A stretch of DNA of 64,000 bases, from assembly GCA_030429765.1 (NCBI GenBank), contig JAUIER010000003.1:80402-144401 (forward strand), read 5' to 3'. The notes below the pieces were generated by a model. That model was not told the DNA's origin. It saw only the letters and a list, made by a program, of their open reading frames with translations, and did not search any database. Below are positions 63,401 through 64,000 of this stretch, piece after piece (positions within the stretch are counted from its first letter, which is position 1; every line of letters begins with the position of its first letter). A program made the position numbers and the translations under genes. Source of the DNA: a bacterium (lineage in GTDB: Bacteria; Omnitrophota; Gorgyraeia; Zapsychrales; Zapsychraceae).

Positions 63401-64000
63401 CCGATGAGCCGGTGTTTGTGCCGGCGTTTGAGTTATGGGCGGTGCGTCACGGTGAGACCGCCGGTAATGTTCAGCGCATCTTTCAAGGGGCGACGGACAC
63501 GTCGATCAATCAGTTGAATCAACGCGGACGCGAGCAGGCCGCAGAAGCGGCGCGCCTGATGTTTGAACAGCTCGAGGCCAAACTCAGGGCCGGTGATCAC
63601 GTTGTTATATTGACCAGTGAGTTCGCGCGGGCGAAAGAGACGGCGCAGGCCTTTGTGGATTTTGTTGAGGCTCAATTGGGGGATGCATCGAACTTAACCA
63701 TCGTCGAAGATGCCGGGGTCAATGAGATTGATTTCGGCGAACTCAACAATCTGTCCGAACAGGATGAGTTAACGGATCGTCAGCGCACGTTTATCGATCA
63801 GTATCGGTATCAGAAAAACGCGCGCGCGAAACCGGCCGGCGGCGAAAGCTATCTGGAATTGACCCAGCGGGTCCACCGATGGCTCAAAGAATTGAATCAG
63901 CGCTACGCGGACCAAACCGTGGTGATGTTTGGTCACGGTACATTTTTATCGGCCGTTCGGATGTTGACGGGGGATACGTCGATGAACGACGCCAGCGGTC
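57478..64000 (+). CDS. Giant secreted multidomain protein, 5' partial (at least 2174 codons, continues past the window end). The C-terminal visible part has a degenerate SAM-methyltransferase-like Rossmann region and a histidine-phosphatase (PGM/SixA branch) domain
   Basis: Reading frame 57478+3n contains no stop codon to nt 64000, verified by reading codon by codon. An in-frame TAG at 57472-57474 lies immediately upstream of the ATG. N-terminus MLISIKRHFRHPLFCALVSMLTCQLSFAVPGVASTQA is a signal peptide. Residues ...NIVMIGAAENPQAGLAFAMRGHHVRSI... and ...LRPGGHLVLSFI... (about 62.8-63.15 kb) resemble class-I MTase motifs I and III. ...ELWAVRHGETAGN... (63.44 kb) and ...VVMFGHGTFLSAV... (63.93 kb) are the RHGE and HG catalytic motifs of histidine phosphatases. 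It is absent from the supplied ORF track because no stop occurs in the window. Confidence 0.8.
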   Translation, partial: MLISIKRHFRHPLFCALVSMLTCQLSFAVPGVASTQASQGVALPEPGTLVMPSADFYAPVLKGVQIHPDQPFHFEFIVDQGDQSISLSQLEAESYRLIKYFMAALAVPEQDMWVNLSPNDHDRAIPDKFALTAMGRDLLAQDYLLKQLSASMMYPEHRLGEDFWQRVRHLAHQRLGVTDIPVNTFNKVWIVPERAVVYQDGYTAYVSEGRLKVMLQSDYQASASSPMGAGNPDDSTDRLAQDIYREVIIPELEREVNTGRQFARLRQIYHSLILATWYREVLEDSLINQVYAGQNKIHGIEIDDPRAKDAIYQQYMDAFRKGVYNYIREDYDQLKDQVIPRQYMSGGMQIVPRIEITDDARSVRTRGDLAMVSTQLNLRGANRTIEIAADLDDSIFAGMRKNGRPKVQLTHADHAELKGYRPDGETVTLFTSLRQRVYGLEISDEGELTHVYPNNKKDKPVAWAWIRDDAGRRTGIVVGDKRTHASLGYGTSAVKINGWIDTPIIASQQRQDAALIRIGPQALGKRQLFAVLPPDAAGETLAVRYEDGFPTAVRLRDGTVVPVGLIRNQYNQVIKATNGSAGFVKPDRETATSYENIRTDAEGIARLGFRLERVADGAGWASLLVDQSVVIAHDIFDQPRHQTYGHVIRNHHDVIIAAAWREPDQDQREVNPKPLMIVRDLQTHRPKYSAAPTKFKDTGDAIVTGRRLSKHGKIYIGGHSLSLGATYADAPVELLWLPSQGYLLVDVLSERDREAFVFDLNRDETVTAEQLTLVDKYLSELGLEWYLDPAEKAYRYDLINELMSDPLFAQLNLRLFSTHPADLQTIQSQLTVRRHMPVRIWDQALDIAARRIDQYKRDYPDQVVNGKIPMRIKQSIIRDVSDEAWLMINAERPLTESPSAQIFESSSNETDAAMTSDGPTRADIERLFKAILEIYRSYADGELEDYPTAMRRLEALAEQTASNPVLQSFVHDRKNPIHVIEFGLDGQLVARDKLAQSLQDDIRDMELALAGLRSLDDTDPAPVTDAYPAEIKYFELINKGRGSTDSDAAMAGIDTFVAERITQLQDAVTEREQVTPNTVRHVAGLWLKALIQEWDYGRNIVHTRAEAVEIGERLNRAWKAAGFDKVRSWPAQVMLMGSLQVSEDKYFQFEDMQEALIEHATREEKILAYWTKAVRSVSHLRYYGNHPEDEFEDPLVDQTVIQDTARKYITLLLEDAPEKATQDQLWGLIVLLDPFIYHPDFLIDQWAKHAYKQPNDHVMTAKVLDILKDLNAEQRQRFQQLARRAFAISDDEWAAAGFRSPYTDFIIHTFNERLDHMMTQMSIKSSSEFSGDHVQLMARSEEFFDAHVGWYALTRDPRAVREMMFSNKRHARYPEAGFLGLRQAIVKRRLFKAMEQDPRHYYRRVFAHPLLADSPNWGFLSELLSDEAMMADPDDMTEQFRRRIDLAIAQVGYPGISVSEQAAQDLLADYEQGFDVTERIAIPRISVWLMRHQIPVFQSYEMLAAIHVAADKWRANFNQTVELEVGALMSFTNVVGLPMFGFEGSWTDAEVQTVRRIMGWLDGEKVSTLKGLQARLLTSSVTFKKRGRGFRGIAEIIQGIMPAGPRIPGDRRTNAIQLVDIDTSWFTGNITFPMIQILKELLLDRTQDKDVIDEDYFDSRIAVLAKIQELLERLVLREQSLIENFATAYRAQLQEERRTLLYTWLTMMRGDEEILDLEPDDLSHRFTLSTDDVLKVLRDYSEEIDDRDHAMKAGEAFENNPYHEPHFDLIDNLELAERSNIVMIGAAENPQAGLAFAMRGHHVRSITKDIKGPTVEAALQESLEADISGRGGRYVTNRETDYLDVDIDAESVDVYVVPAVLDDPRTVQQDLMLDKMLRELRPGGHLVLSFIINASGWERYVERFAASRGFELEKTYDYTVSDAAVIYRVVPDAARQLAAMASEIGAANDEAMLAFSEFDNKIGIDPFSGRLSVLSDEPVFVPAFELWAVRHGETAGNVQRIFQGATDTSINQLNQRGREQAAEAARLMFEQLEAKLRAGDHVVILTSEFARAKETAQAFVDFVEAQLGDASNLTIVEDAGVNEIDFGELNNLSEQDELTDRQRTFIDQYRYQKNARAKPAGGESYLELTQRVHRWLKELNQRYADQTVVMFGHGTFLSAVRMLTGDTSMNDASG

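Overview
This 64 kb window is a gene-dense bacterial chromosomal segment. Every gene I can support, about 60 in total, lies on the + strand. I regard all minus-strand ORFs in the track as antisense shadows of these genes. The organism looks Gram-negative (LPS and Lpt genes are present), and many genes overlap at start/stop with no CRISPR, IS element, rRNA or tRNA seen. This resembles a compact genome, but I cannot assign a lineage from sequence alone. Gene content by region: (1) 1-6.7 kb: an outer-membrane glycolipid/LPS-core glycosyltransferase cluster with one GT4-GT9 fusion, one GT4 and three further GT9 heptosyltransferase-like genes (four GT9 domains in a row). (2) 6.8-12.4 kb: heptose kinase (kinase domain only), kdsB-kdsA-kdsD-kdsC, one long LptA/LptC-like periplasmic protein and lptB. 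(3) 12.4-55.5 kb: housekeeping genes. These are tig (lacking its PPIase domain), clpP, a class-V aminotransferase, serA, purA, an OmpA-like lipoprotein, uppS-cdsA-dxr-rseP, an orphan CpaF/TadA-like ATPase, proS (lacking its INS editing domain), rimP-nusA-infB, trpS, scpA, ruvB, a SpoIID-like protein, queA-tgt, trmD-rplS, rnhB, yraN, an FtcD-like cyclodeaminase with folD, polA, glgA, coaE, rho, rpmE, prfA-prmC, murA and trpGDCF. (4) 55.5-57.5 kb: an AT-rich, gene-poor islet. It holds a promoter-to-terminator-delimited structured ncRNA candidate of unknown class, a 128-aa hypothetical protein and a DUF2459-like lipoprotein. (5) 57478 to the window end: a giant ORF that the supplied ORF track misses because it has no stop codon inside the window. 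It spans at least 2174 codons. It encodes a signal-peptide-bearing protein whose C-terminal part contains a degenerate class-I methyltransferase-like Rossmann region and a complete histidine-phosphatase (RHGET...GHG) domain. The islet plus this giant secreted multidomain protein is the best candidate here for something undescribed.
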